The notes: generated by a model from the sequence alone, not told the origin. Numbered from the stretch's first letter, positions 46,491-56,398 are shown. The stretch is DNA of 64,000 nt from Nitrospirota bacterium (GCA_049325335.1 JBMOMC010000006.1:1-64000); one strand, 5' to 3'. Made by a program: numbers and translations.

Positions 46491-48419
46491 ATGGCCGAGC
46501 AATTCGTAATCGAGACGCGCGCCCTCACCCGCCGGTACCGCGAGCGCACGGCCGTGCAGGGGCTATCCCTTTCCGTTCGCCGCGGCGAAGTGTTCGGCCT
46601 GCTCGGTTCCGACGGCGCCGGTAAGACCACGACGCTGCAGATGCTCGCGGCCATCCTCGACCCCGCCGAAGGATCGGCCACGGTGTTGGGGTACGACACG
46701 GTGCGCGAGGCGCCCGCGGTGACTGCTCGGCTCGGGTATATGTCGCAGACCTTCAGCCTCTACGGCCGGCTGTCGGTGGACGAGAACCTGGAGTTCTTCG
46801 CCGATCTCCATCGGGTGCCCGAACCGACACGAAGCGAGCGCACGCGGCGGTTGCTGGATTTCGCCCGCCTGGTGCCGCACCGCGGCCGGGCCGCGCGCCA
46901 CCTGTCCGGTGGCATGCAAAAGAAACTCGCATTGTGTTGCGCCCTGATCCATCAGCCAGATCTCTTGATCCTGGACGAACCGACCACGGGCGTGGATCCG
47001 GTCTCGCGCCGCGAATTCTGGAATATTTTGTATCAAGCGCTTACCGCGGGAGCGACTATCGTGGTCTCCACGCCCTACATGGACGAGGCCGAGCGCTGCA
47101 CGCGCGTGGCGTTGCTGCACGAAGGCCGACTTATCGCCTGCGACACCCCGGCGCGGCTACGCGCCGAACTGCCGGGCCGCATGCTCGCGATCAACGCGCG
47201 GCCGCAGCGTCAGGCGCTCGCGATCCTCCAGGAAACCCTGCCGAAGGCGCGTCCCTATGTGTTCGGCGAGACCCTGCACCTTCACCAAGAAGAACAGATC
47301 ATGTCGGACACGTCATTACAGGACTTGCTTATCTCGCGCGGCGTGACGGTCGCGCAGATCCGTCCGGTCAGTCCCAGTTTGGAGGACGTGTTCGTCAGGC
47401 GTCTGGCGGAGGCCGCACCGGTGTCTCCGCCGTCTCCGGTCGCGGTCTCCACCAGAACCGGCGCGGAGATCGCGGTGCAGGCACAGGATCTCACGATACG
47501 TTTCGACAGCTTCACGGCCGTCGACCGAGTCAGTTTATCGGTGCGGCGCGGGGAGATCTTCGGATTTCTGGGTCCCAACGGGTCGGGCAAGACCACCACC
47601 ATCCGCATGTTGTGCGGGTTGCTCGCGCCAACGGAGGGGCGGGCCAAGGTGGCGGGATTTGATATCGGCCAAGAGCCTTCGGCGGTTAAGGCGCGCATCG
47701 GCTATATGTCACAGCGTTTCTCATTGTACGACGATATGACGGTGGACGAGAACCTCGCGTTTTTTTCCGGCGCTTACGGCGTGCCGGTCGCTGAGCTGCC
47801 CGCACGGCGCGAGTGGGCACTGATCTTGGCGGGGCTTGCGGGCTCGGAGTCGCGGCCGGTGCGCTCCCTCTCCGGCGGGGTGAAACAACGCCTGGCCCTG
47901 GCCTGCGCCGTGCTGCACGAACCGGAGGTGCTGTTTCTGGACGAGCCCACGGCGGGCGTTGATCCGCTGTCCCGGCGCCGCTTTTGGGAGCTGATCTACC
48001 ACTTGTCCGATCGGGGCGTGACCGTGTTCGTCACCACGCATTACATGGACGAGGCGGAGCACTGCCACACCCTCGGGTTGCTCTACTCCGGGCGTCTGAT
48101 CGCCCTGGGTTCGCCACAGGCGCTGCGGGACGGTATGCGCGCCGGAGAAATGCTGGAGTTGGAGTGCGATCAACCGATCCAGGCGCTGGCGATTTTTCAA
48201 GAGGCAGAAGGGATCCGAGCCTCCTTCTTCGGCGATCGGCTGCATCTCCTGGTCGACGACGCGGAGGCGGCGAGGCCGCGGATACTCGATCGCCTGCAGC
48301 GGGAAGGCCATCGGGTCCACCGGGTCGAGCGCGTGCCCTTGAGCATCGAGGACGTGTTCATCGCCTTCATCGAGATGGAGCAGGCTCGTCTCGAAGCGGC
48401 AAACGCGCGGGGAGGGTAG
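46491..48419 (+). CDS. ABC transporter ATP-binding protein with two NBDs (YbhF-like)
   Basis: GSDGAGKT/LSGGM/LDEP and GPNGSGKT/LSGG/LDEP. Confidence 0.92.
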   Translation: MAEQFVIETRALTRRYRERTAVQGLSLSVRRGEVFGLLGSDGAGKTTTLQMLAAILDPAEGSATVLGYDTVREAPAVTARLGYMSQTFSLYGRLSVDENLEFFADLHRVPEPTRSERTRRLLDFARLVPHRGRAARHLSGGMQKKLALCCALIHQPDLLILDEPTTGVDPVSRREFWNILYQALTAGATIVVSTPYMDEAERCTRVALLHEGRLIACDTPARLRAELPGRMLAINARPQRQALAILQETLPKARPYVFGETLHLHQEEQIMSDTSLQDLLISRGVTVAQIRPVSPSLEDVFVRRLAEAAPVSPPSPVAVSTRTGAEIAVQAQDLTIRFDSFTAVDRVSLSVRRGEIFGFLGPNGSGKTTTIRMLCGLLAPTEGRAKVAGFDIGQEPSAVKARIGYMSQRFSLYDDMTVDENLAFFSGAYGVPVAELPARREWALILAGLAGSESRPVRSLSGGVKQRLALACAVLHEPEVLFLDEPTAGVDPLSRRRFWELIYHLSDRGVTVFVTTHYMDEAEHCHTLGLLYSGRLIALGSPQALRDGMRAGEMLELECDQPIQALAIFQEAEGIRASFFGDRLHLLVDDAEAARPRILDRLQREGHRVHRVERVPLSIEDVFIAFIEMEQARLEAANARGG

Positions 48420-48566
48420 CCTGAGACCCCCGCAAAACAAGAAGTTTGGCTTCAGACGAGGCGCGGCGCAGCTGAGCAGCGGAGCATACACGACAGTATG
48501 TGAGCAGCGGAAACAAGCCGCAACGAAGTATCAAGACAACATCCGCAGTTTTGCGGGGGTCTCAGG
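48420..48566. mobile_element. 147-bp MITE-like element with perfect 19-bp terminal inverted repeats
   Basis: CCTGAGACCCCCGCAAAAC (48420-48438) and GTTTTGCGGGGGTCTCAGG (48548-48566); internal CATAC..GTATG hairpin; fills the whole intergenic gap; no transposase. Confidence 0.75.
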
Positions 48567-49670
48567 ATGAGAAGCCTGATCGGTGCGGTGATCTGGAAGG
48601 AGGTGCGCGAGATCCGCCGCGACCCCGTGATCATCTGGGTGGCCGCGGTCCTGCCGCTCATCATGCTCTACCTGTACGGCTCAGCCCTGTCGCTTGACGT
48701 CAAAGACGCGGCGCTCGCGGTCTACGACCAGGACAAGAGTCCCGAGAGCCGTGCCCTGATCGACGCGTTTCCGCATTCGGGCTATTTCCGCCTCGCCCAC
48801 GAGATCCGCGCGAACGCGGACATCGGGCCGCTGCTTGATCGGGGCCGGGCGCGGCTGGTATTGGTGATCCCGAGCGATTTCTCCGAGCACCTCGCGGCCG
48901 GCGAGACCGCCATGGTCCAGACGCTGGTCGACGGCTCGTTTTCCGCGACGGCCATGGTGATCGCGGGGTACGCCGCCGCCATCATCCAGAACTACAACGT
49001 GGAGCGGACACACCACATACCCGCCCCCATCACCGTGGAAAGCCGCGTATGGTTCAACGCGCCGCTCAAGAGCGTGAACTACATCGTGCCGGGCTTGTTT
49101 GGGGTCATCCTGATGGCGTTCCCGCCGCTGCTCACGGCGCTCGCGGTGGTGCGAGAAAAGGAGGCGGGATCGGTGCAACAAATCTTCGTCTCGCCGATCC
49201 GGCCGTACCAGTTCATCGCCGGGAAGATGGTGCCGTACGCCGTCATCGCCTTCCTGGAGATGCTCCTGATCCTGGTTGCCGGTCTGTGGGGGTTCGGGAT
49301 TCCGTTTCAGGGGAGCCTGCCGCTGTTTCTCGCCGCCACCACGATTTACGTCTTCTGCACGGTGGGCCTTGGCCTGTTGATCTCCACGGTCACGCGCAGC
49401 CAACTCGTGGCCATGCTGCTCGCGCTCATCGTGACCCTCATGCCCTCGTTCTTGTTCTCCGGGTTTCTGTTCCCGATCTTCACCATGCCGAAGATGATGC
49501 AGATGTACACGTATCTGTTCCCGGCGCGCTATTTCATCGAAATTGTTCGCGGCATCGTCATGAAGGACGTGGGCCTGGAGTTTCTGTGGCCGCAGTTTCT
49601 CCTGCTCGTCGTCTACACGACGGTCGTCTTCACTGTCGCCACCCTGCAGTTTCACAAGAAGATGGCCTGA
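48567..49670 (+). CDS. ABC-2 type permease (YbhS-like)
   Basis: KEVREIRRD, DQDKS, VPGL, REKEAG, SGF.FP...MP. Confidence 0.9.
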   Translation: MRSLIGAVIWKEVREIRRDPVIIWVAAVLPLIMLYLYGSALSLDVKDAALAVYDQDKSPESRALIDAFPHSGYFRLAHEIRANADIGPLLDRGRARLVLVIPSDFSEHLAAGETAMVQTLVDGSFSATAMVIAGYAAAIIQNYNVERTHHIPAPITVESRVWFNAPLKSVNYIVPGLFGVILMAFPPLLTALAVVREKEAGSVQQIFVSPIRPYQFIAGKMVPYAVIAFLEMLLILVAGLWGFGIPFQGSLPLFLAATTIYVFCTVGLGLLISTVTRSQLVAMLLALIVTLMPSFLFSGFLFPIFTMPKMMQMYTYLFPARYFIEIVRGIVMKDVGLEFLWPQFLLLVVYTTVVFTVATLQFHKKMA

Positions 49671-50788
49671 TGATCAATACGGCACGCCTGGCAGCGGTCA
49701 TGCGCAAGGAGTTGATTCAGTTTCTACGGGACCGCTTCATGCTGCTCCTGATTGTCTTCCTGTATACGGCCGAGATCCTGATGTGCACCTATGCCTTGTC
49801 GTTCGACGTGCGCCACCTGCCCACGGTGGTGGCCGACTTCGACCGCTCCGCCGCGAGCCGCCTGCTCACCGAGCGGTTCCGCAGCTCGGGATATTTCGAC
49901 ATCAATCACCAGACGACGCGTGACGCTGACCTGGCCGCCCTCCTCAATCGGGGCGAGGCCCTGGCGGCGCTGGTGATCCCCCCGGAATTTTCTCGGCATT
50001 TGGCAGCCGGGACGCCGGTGTCGGTGCAGCTCCTGCTCGACGGGGCTAACGCCAATACGGCGAGCGTGGCCCAGGGATACGCCCAACGCATCGTGCAAGC
50101 GTACGCCCTGGATCGCCTCCAGGCGTTCGCACCCGAACCATTGGCCTTGTCGGTCGAGCACCGGCCGCGTATCTGGTACAACTCCGAGCTCAAGTACGCC
50201 TACTTCATGGTGCTGTCCATGATCGCCCTGGCCGGGATGATGGTCGGGGTGATCACCGCGGCGGCCGGCATCGTACGCGAGAAGGAGTCCGGCACCATCG
50301 AACAGATGCTGGTTACGCCGGTCAGACCTGCCGAACTGCTCGCGGCCAAGATGCTGCCCACCCTGCTTGTCGGATTGCTGGCGCTCGTGCCGAGCCTACT
50401 CATTGCCGCGTGGATCGGCGTGCCGATGCGCGGGAGCCTGGCGCTGTTCTTTCTCCTCTCCGCCGTGTTCCTGGTCAGCAGCATGGGCATCGGTATCCTG
50501 GTCGCGACCTTCGCGGACACCTTGCAGCAGGCGTTGTTGATGTCGTTCTTCGCCCTGTTTCCCATCCTGTTCCTGTCCGGAACCCTGGTGCCGGTGGAGA
50601 GTATGCCGGTGTGGCTCCAATACCTCGCGGAGCTGAGCCCGCTGACGCACTATATGGACGCCACGCTGGGGATCTTCCTCAAGGGCGTTGGGATGGAAGT
50701 CCTGTGGCATCCACTTGCCGCGATCTCTTTGATTGCGTCAGCACTGTTGGCCGGTGGGATTTTGCAACTGCGGCGTCGTATGCGTTAG
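49670..50788 (+). CDS. ABC-2 type permease (YbhR-like)
   Basis: TGATG overlap; KELIQFLRD, REKESGTIEQ...TP, LSG...PVESMP.WLQ. Confidence 0.9.
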   Translation: MINTARLAAVMRKELIQFLRDRFMLLLIVFLYTAEILMCTYALSFDVRHLPTVVADFDRSAASRLLTERFRSSGYFDINHQTTRDADLAALLNRGEALAALVIPPEFSRHLAAGTPVSVQLLLDGANANTASVAQGYAQRIVQAYALDRLQAFAPEPLALSVEHRPRIWYNSELKYAYFMVLSMIALAGMMVGVITAAAGIVREKESGTIEQMLVTPVRPAELLAAKMLPTLLVGLLALVPSLLIAAWIGVPMRGSLALFFLLSAVFLVSSMGIGILVATFADTLQQALLMSFFALFPILFLSGTLVPVESMPVWLQYLAELSPLTHYMDATLGIFLKGVGMEVLWHPLAAISLIASALLAGGILQLRRRMR

Positions 50789-50824
50789 AACGAGAGCGTT
50801 TGGATTCAACAAGGAGACACGACC

Positions 50825-50974
50825 ATGGAAAAAGATCCGGTGTGCGGGATGCTGGTGGACGAGAAAAGAGCCGCGGCCACCAGCAGCTACAAGGGGAAGT
50901 CCTTCTGGTTTTGCTCCGCGTCGTGCAAAGAGAAGTTCGAGAAGGATCCCGGAAGGTTTATCACACAACCATAG
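50825..50974 (+). CDS. stand-alone YHS-domain protein (49 aa, absent from ORF track)
   Basis: AAGGAG RBS; MEKDPVCGMLVDEK..YKGKSFWFCSASCKEKFEKDPGRF. Confidence 0.88.
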   Translation: MEKDPVCGMLVDEKRAAATSSYKGKSFWFCSASCKEKFEKDPGRFITQP

Positions 50975-50987
50975 AGGAGGAACTCAC

Positions 50988-51308
50988 ATGAAGATCCGGA
51001 CAATCGGAGCGCTGGTGTTTGCCCTGCCCATTGTGGTCGCCCCCGTGGTATCCGCCCAGATGATGGGCGGGGGGACGGAGATGAAGGGGGGAGAGATGGG
51101 GATGATGAAGGGCATGGACCGGGACCAGATGATGCACGAGATGATGGGCATGATGCGCACCATGATGAAACGGATGGAGGGGATGACGCAGGATCAACAA
51201 ATGAAGCGCGAAATGGGCGACATGATGAAGCAGATGGACGAGATGATGAAACAGCACGAAGCGATGATGAAAGGGCCTGGCATGATGCAGAAGGGATCGC
51301 CGAAATAG
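50988..51308 (+). CDS. exported Met-rich helical protein (about 29 Met in 106 aa)
   Basis: GAGGAGG RBS; signal peptide ending VSA-Q; DQMMHEMMGMMRTMMKRMEGMTQD..MGDMMKQMDEMMKQHEAMMK. Confidence 0.85.
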   Translation: MKIRTIGALVFALPIVVAPVVSAQMMGGGTEMKGGEMGMMKGMDRDQMMHEMMGMMRTMMKRMEGMTQDQQMKREMGDMMKQMDEMMKQHEAMMKGPGMMQKGSPK

Positions 51309-51342
51309 ACGACGAAGCAGGCCACTTGGAGGCCAACGGGAT

Positions 51343-52098
51343 GTGAATCAGCCCGGCCTGATCCCACACAATACACGGTTGACGCTCCGGGGCTTGCCGA
51401 TCAGCATTCGGTGGCTGTTGAGCTGCTTCCTCGTCACCATCGGGCTGGGTTATCTCCTTGCCTTGACCTACCTCTTTCTGTTGGACGTCGAGCCTCATCG
51501 GACGATGGGGATGAACCTGGTCCAGGCGACGATCGTGAAGTATTACGGGAACCGAGGAGATACGCGGCTGGAGGCTGCCCTGAACGGCTCGATGGCGGGG
51601 AACATTGACTCGGCCGAAAAGTCCGACGTGATCGTATGGATACGCAACGGCGCATCAGCCACAGAATATGAAAAGGTCCAGCCGTTGTTTGCGAAAAACT
51701 GCGTGTCCTGCCACAGCAAGGATTCCGGCTATCCCGTTCCACCGCTGACGAGTTATGAGGAAGTCCGCAAATTCGCTGAGGTGGATGTGGGACAATCCGT
51801 GCGTACGTTGGCCCGTGTCAGCCACGTCCATTTGTTCGGCATCGGTTTCTTGTTTCTTTTGACCGGCTCCATTTTCGCGCTGAGCCAGATCAATAAACGG
51901 CTGCGTCTGGCCATTGTGGCTCTTCCCTTCATCGCGATCTGGCTGGACATCGGATCCTGGTGGTTCACAAAGTATCAGCCGGTCTTCGCGTACACCGTGG
52001 TGATCGGAGGTGCGTTGATGAGCCTGGCGCTCGCGGCCCAGATCCTGATCTCGCTCTGGGAAATGTGGTTGAAAACAGAAGCCACGGAGACGACCTGA
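51343..52098 (+). CDS. membrane protein with a periplasmic c-type heme motif
   Basis: TM, soluble domain with CVSCH, then LARVSHVHLFG and three more TMs (DIGSWW.TK). Confidence 0.78.
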   Translation: MNQPGLIPHNTRLTLRGLPISIRWLLSCFLVTIGLGYLLALTYLFLLDVEPHRTMGMNLVQATIVKYYGNRGDTRLEAALNGSMAGNIDSAEKSDVIVWIRNGASATEYEKVQPLFAKNCVSCHSKDSGYPVPPLTSYEEVRKFAEVDVGQSVRTLARVSHVHLFGIGFLFLLTGSIFALSQINKRLRLAIVALPFIAIWLDIGSWWFTKYQPVFAYTVVIGGALMSLALAAQILISLWEMWLKTEATETT

Positions 52099-52146
52099 GT
52101 GCTTTTGGTTGTAGACATCGCGGACGCAGTTCTCCAATACTGACGC

Positions 52147-53100
52147 ATGAGATCGCCTCGGATCGGCGTGGTGCTGAGTTCGGGTGGCACACGAGGCGTC
52201 TACGCGCACACCGGCTTTCTGATCGCGCTGGAACGCCTGGGTGTTCCAATTGCTGCTGCCACGGGATCAAGCGCCGGGGCGGTCGTTGGCGCCATGGCCG
52301 CAAGCGGGACCGATATGATGGCGTGGTCGGAGACCATCGCCCATATCGCCCCCGCGCGATTTTGGCGACCAGACCCGCTGCTGTATGTGCTGTGGCAGTT
52401 CCTGGTCCGTCGCGGGCGAGGCTATACCGGATTATCCGGTACTGACGCGGCGATTGAGTTCTGCCGCGGCCAGTTGGCGGTTCAGACGTTTGAAGAATGC
52501 CGGTACCCGTTTTACGCCTTGGCCGTCAGTCTCGGTCGAGGACGCAAGGTCGTCTTTTCGCAGGGACAACTGGCGCCGCGTATCGTGGCCAGCGCCGCCG
52601 CGCCGGTTCTGTACCGTCCGGTCGAGATCGAGGGGGATTGGTACTGCGATGGCGCCCTCGCTGATCTGGCTCCAACGGACGCCATCTGCTGTAAACACAA
52701 CCTGGACGCACTGATCGTACATCACGTCTCAAGTCGCTATGAGGGGCAGAAGGATCTCAAGCGTATCAGCGAAGGCCCATGGTCCATGTTTCGTATACTG
52801 GAACGGCTGCTGTTCCGCCGGCGGCCATGGTATCTGTCCGATGAGCGGCTGGGCTTTCGGCGATGTCCGTGCGGTTGCGGAGCCGTCGTGGTTGTGGTGG
52901 AACCGCAATTGCCTGAACTTCAGTGGACCCCTGATAAGAGCGGTCCCCGGATCCAAAAGACGGCCATGGAACAAACCCAAGCATTCTTGGCACCTCATGT
53001 GGATGCCCTATTGAGCGATCCGAAAAATCGTTTGCCGCCGGGGCACACCGATCGTCCTGACCACACTCTGACGGAGGAGACCTTTCGACCACCCGATTGA
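52147..53100 (+). CDS. patatin-like phospholipase/acyl hydrolase
   Basis: SSGGTRG oxyanion loop, GSSAG nucleophile, ASAAAP, DGA; extra CCKH and CPCGC. Confidence 0.85.
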   Translation: MRSPRIGVVLSSGGTRGVYAHTGFLIALERLGVPIAAATGSSAGAVVGAMAASGTDMMAWSETIAHIAPARFWRPDPLLYVLWQFLVRRGRGYTGLSGTDAAIEFCRGQLAVQTFEECRYPFYALAVSLGRGRKVVFSQGQLAPRIVASAAAPVLYRPVEIEGDWYCDGALADLAPTDAICCKHNLDALIVHHVSSRYEGQKDLKRISEGPWSMFRILERLLFRRRPWYLSDERLGFRRCPCGCGAVVVVVEPQLPELQWTPDKSGPRIQKTAMEQTQAFLAPHVDALLSDPKNRLPPGHTDRPDHTLTEETFRPPD

Positions 53101-53122
53101 TCACTTGTCTGAGACCTTCCTG

Positions 53123-53148
53123 ACGGCGGACGGGGGGAGTACCGCCGT
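53123..53148. terminator. GC hairpin between convergent genes (possible terminator)
   Basis: ACGGCGG...CCGCCGT stem; no clear U-tract. Confidence 0.3.
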
Positions 53149-53149
53149 G

Positions 53150-54739
53150 TTAGGGTGAGTGGTGCGATGTCTGTGCGGGCAGGTACTGCAGGCTCCTCTT
53201 GAGCGATGCGAGTACCGGCGTCCGCGAGACATCTTCCTCGGCGCAGGCGCCCAGGAGCCGTTCGATGGCTGATCGCAGATCCGCGACAGCGTCGTCCGGC
53301 GTCCCAGCCGCCTGCGCCAACATCCGGTAAGTCCGGCGGGCCTGCTCCAAGAGCGTCTTGGCCCGCCGGAGGCGCTCTCCTTTGGCCATCGTGGCCAGTG
53401 CGGCGAAGAGCGCGCGTCGCAGGGCGTCCCGGTTCGGCAAGGCCCGATACACTTGCCTGGCCTCGCCCAGATCCGCGAAGCCGCCCCAGGTGAGGATCTG
53501 GGGCCGATAGCCGGTGCGTGGCCGCTCCGCCGCGACGCTGGATCCCCGAAACCCGCCGTAACGGGATTCGAAGAGTGCCAGCGCCGCGACCCGCTTTGCC
53601 CCTGCAGGTTCGACGCCCACCGGTCGCATCCCGGTCCGAAACGTCTTCACGAAGATCTCCACGACGGGATCGGATTTCCTCTCCCGCCGTCGTTTCACGG
53701 CTCGCTTCAAGAAACTGAAGAGCCGCGACGCGTAGAAGTCTTCCATGAAGCGATCGAGCCGGCCGAATCGAGCCGTCGCGTCGTCCGCTGCGAGTCCCGC
53801 AAAGGCAAGTGCCTGGGCCTTGTAGCTCGGATGATTCATCCGGCCGTAGGCTACGGCCGCCACCTCCGCAACGACTTCCGCCGGCACGGTCGTCGGAGCC
53901 TGTTTGTTCCGAACGAACGCCGCTGAGGCCCGGCACACGTCCAGGTGCAGCCGGTAGAACCGGGCCCGCTCGGTTCGCGCCAGATCCCGCAGTGGCGCTT
54001 GGTCCAGGTGCCAAGCCTGCGCGATGTAGGGGAGCTTCCGATTGAGCTGGGCTTCAAACACCCCTTGTTCGGGGTGAAAGAAGCTCGACTCTTTCATCAG
54101 CACCCGCAGCACGCGCCGCCGCTGGTCCCGGAAGAGCCGCACCGGCCGCAGATCAGAGGGCAGGATGCCCGAGCCCATGACGCGCTGAGGATCGCCGTCC
54201 GGATCCTGTGTGAAGAACAGAAAATCGTCTTCAGACAGGCCCGATAGCCACCGGCTGACTTCCTCTTGCGTCGAAGAGTCGGTCTCCATCCACCGATCGC
54301 CGACCAGGCTCCACAACAGCGCCAGCGCCGACACCGGCCGATCAGGATCCACGAGCGCCGAGGCCGCCGCCCTCCGGTACAGCGGATTGCGGCGCCGCGC
54401 GAAGAACGCGGACACGAGCTGACGGTGTGCCGTCATGAAGCGCTCGGCCCGCTCTTCCGCTTCCTCAGCCAGTTCCTCCACGTGGAAGCCTTCGCGGAGT
54501 GCGGCGAACCCGGTGGCGTCGTCCCGGTCGACGAGCCGCTCGTCCGGGCCTTCGAACACTTCCCAGACGAACTGGCCCCTCGCGGCATCCGGGGCGCGAT
54601 GGGACAGGACCTGAACCGATGGTTCAGGTGATAGGAACGCCCGTTCATAGACACCGGATGCGTTCCCCACGGAATCTTCTCCGGCCTCCAGGCTGTATCC
54701 GTCTGGAGACCCCAGGCATGAGCGATGGTCTTCGTCCAT
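53150..54739 (-). CDS. orphan hypothetical protein (~529 aa)
   Basis: Long ORF occupying the gap between patatin and fadL; AAGGAG RBS before MDEDH; no recognised motif. Confidence 0.6.
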   Translation of the reverse strand: MDEDHRSCLGSPDGYSLEAGEDSVGNASGVYERAFLSPEPSVQVLSHRAPDAARGQFVWEVFEGPDERLVDRDDATGFAALREGFHVEELAEEAEERAERFMTAHRQLVSAFFARRRNPLYRRAAASALVDPDRPVSALALLWSLVGDRWMETDSSTQEEVSRWLSGLSEDDFLFFTQDPDGDPQRVMGSGILPSDLRPVRLFRDQRRRVLRVLMKESSFFHPEQGVFEAQLNRKLPYIAQAWHLDQAPLRDLARTERARFYRLHLDVCRASAAFVRNKQAPTTVPAEVVAEVAAVAYGRMNHPSYKAQALAFAGLAADDATARFGRLDRFMEDFYASRLFSFLKRAVKRRRERKSDPVVEIFVKTFRTGMRPVGVEPAGAKRVAALALFESRYGGFRGSSVAAERPRTGYRPQILTWGGFADLGEARQVYRALPNRDALRRALFAALATMAKGERLRRAKTLLEQARRTYRMLAQAAGTPDDAVADLRSAIERLLGACAEEDVSRTPVLASLKRSLQYLPAQTSHHSP

Positions 54740-54854
54740 GAGCTGTTCTCCTTTCCCCCCGTCCTCCCGCGGGCCGACAGCTCGGCCAGCGAGAGGGCGA
54801 GGAGAACAGGAGAGGAGAAACGGTTTCCCCGTCCGCCAACAGCAAGGTCTCACG

Positions 54855-54872
54855 ATTCAGTTGTCAAAGAAC
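54855..54872 (-). promoter_or_regulatory. boxA-like (Nus antitermination) sequence
   Basis: Minus strand GTTCTTTGACAACTGAAT resembles the rRNA-leader boxA consensus. Confidence 0.55.
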
Positions 54873-54995
54873 GGGTGCTGCTACGGGCTGAGCATACAGG
54901 CTGCCGCAACGAGCGAGCACGGGCTGGGCCGCCACTCAGCGCTTTGTTTTGGCAGGTTGAACGCAAGAACAAGGGATGGATTAGGAGGGCAAACG

Positions 54996-55111
54996 CTGTC
55001 CACATCCCGGACAGTGATTGCGACATTCTGTGTCCGGTGATTCCAGTTCGTCATGTTCGCCGCGATTTTCAGGTCCTGGACGCGTCGCCCTTGGAGGGCA
55101 CCGACCTTGCA
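54996..55111 (+). promoter_or_regulatory. putative sigma54 (-24/-12) promoter with upstream palindromic enhancer-like sites
   Basis: GGCACCGACCTTGCA (55097-55111; GG-N10-GC); dyads CTGTCC-N7-GGACAG (54996-55014) and GACA-N5-TGTC (55022-55034). Confidence 0.6.
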
Positions 55112-55156
55112 CAGAAGACTCCTCACAAGGATCGTCCTCGGGCGGGGAGGTCAACC

Positions 55157-56398
55157 ATGGGAGCGGTATGCTGGCTTCTGACAGTGGTCTTTGCGGTAGC
55201 AGTATTGTTTAGCAATCCACAGGAGGTCGAGGCGTCTGGCTTTTCGGTTTACGACTTTGGAGCGGCTGAGCAAGCCAAGGGGAATGCCGTGGTGGCCCAG
55301 GTCGATGCCCCTTCGGCCGTGTTCTATAACCCGGCAGGGCTGGCCGGGCTCGAAGGGACCGATCTCCAGGTGGGAACCACGGCCGTCTTCCCCAAGAGCA
55401 GCTTCCACAGCAACGTCACGGGCCTGGACACGGACGGCGATGCCGGTGCCGCGTTCCCTTCCTATCTCTTCGTGTCACAGCGACTGGGCGGCTCTTGGGG
55501 CATGGGGCTCGGTCTCTTTGCGGCCTCGGGGAACAAGGTGGACTACCCCGAGGACTGGGAGGGCCGTTTCGTCGTGACCTCCGCAGAATTGCGCCAGGTG
55601 CATCTGGCGCCCTCGATAGCGTACCGTGTCACGCCGAACGTGTCGGTTGGAGCCGGCGTGGTGGTCACGCGAGCCGACTTTCAGCAATCCAGTCAACTCG
55701 ACTTCTCGACATTCAGCCTTCCCGAAGGCAGCGCGGACCTGGAGGGCGACGGCTATGGACTCAGCGCGAACGCCGGTCTGCAGGCCCGGTTCGGTGCGAC
55801 CGCGGTCGGCGCGGTCTATAAGAGCGCATCCAGTATTTCGTTCGACGGGACCGCCAGCTTTCAGGTACCGGTACCCGCGGCCGCGTTCTTTCCCAACGGC
55901 GGGATGGAAACTTCGCTCAAGTTTCCGCAGATGGTCATCGTGGGAGTAGCGAACCGGGCGATTCCGCGGCTGACCCTTGAGGGCGACGTGCAGTGGAGCA
56001 ACTGGAACACGTTGGACAGCCAGGCCATCCGCTTCGACAACAACACGCTCGCGCTCCAGGACACCAGCGTGGCACTTGACTGGCAGGACACCTGGACATT
56101 CCGTATCGGCGGCCAGTACGACGTGAGCGATGCCGTGGCCATCCGGGCCGGATACACCTACGATCCCAGCGCCGTGCCGGATGCGACGCTGAGCCCCGTG
56201 TTTCCAGAGCCGGATAAGCACGAGGTGAATATGGGCCTGGGCATCACGCGAGGATCGTGGACCATCGACCTCCTGTACGGGGTCCTCATCACCGAGAGCC
56301 GCCAAGCGAACAACTCGCTGACCGGCCTTCCGAATCACAACGGGACCTACGACAGCTCCGCGCAGGCCGTCGGACTCTCGGTGCGCGGCCGGTTCTGA
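55157..56398 (+). CDS. FadL/OmpP1-family outer membrane hydrophobic-compound channel
   Basis: GGGGAGG RBS; signal peptide then SGF..., A.FYNPAGL hatch motif, WSNW, WQDTW, RAGY.YD, terminal Phe. Confidence 0.9.
   Translation: MGAVCWLLTVVFAVAVLFSNPQEVEASGFSVYDFGAAEQAKGNAVVAQVDAPSAVFYNPAGLAGLEGTDLQVGTTAVFPKSSFHSNVTGLDTDGDAGAAFPSYLFVSQRLGGSWGMGLGLFAASGNKVDYPEDWEGRFVVTSAELRQVHLAPSIAYRVTPNVSVGAGVVVTRADFQQSSQLDFSTFSLPEGSADLEGDGYGLSANAGLQARFGATAVGAVYKSASSISFDGTASFQVPVPAAAFFPNGGMETSLKFPQMVIVGVANRAIPRLTLEGDVQWSNWNTLDSQAIRFDNNTLALQDTSVALDWQDTWTFRIGGQYDVSDAVAIRAGYTYDPSAVPDATLSPVFPEPDKHEVNMGLGITRGSWTIDLLYGVLITESRQANNSLTGLPNHNGTYDSSAQAVGLSVRGRF

Noticed and set aside
49049..49669. 579-aa ORF suggesting a longer second permease
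   Set aside because: The upstream part overlaps the first permease out of frame; the real start is the TGATG overlap at 49670
54725..55156. N-terminal extension of the FadL ORF in the track
   Set aside because: A strong RBS and signal peptide start at 55157; the extension overlaps promoter elements
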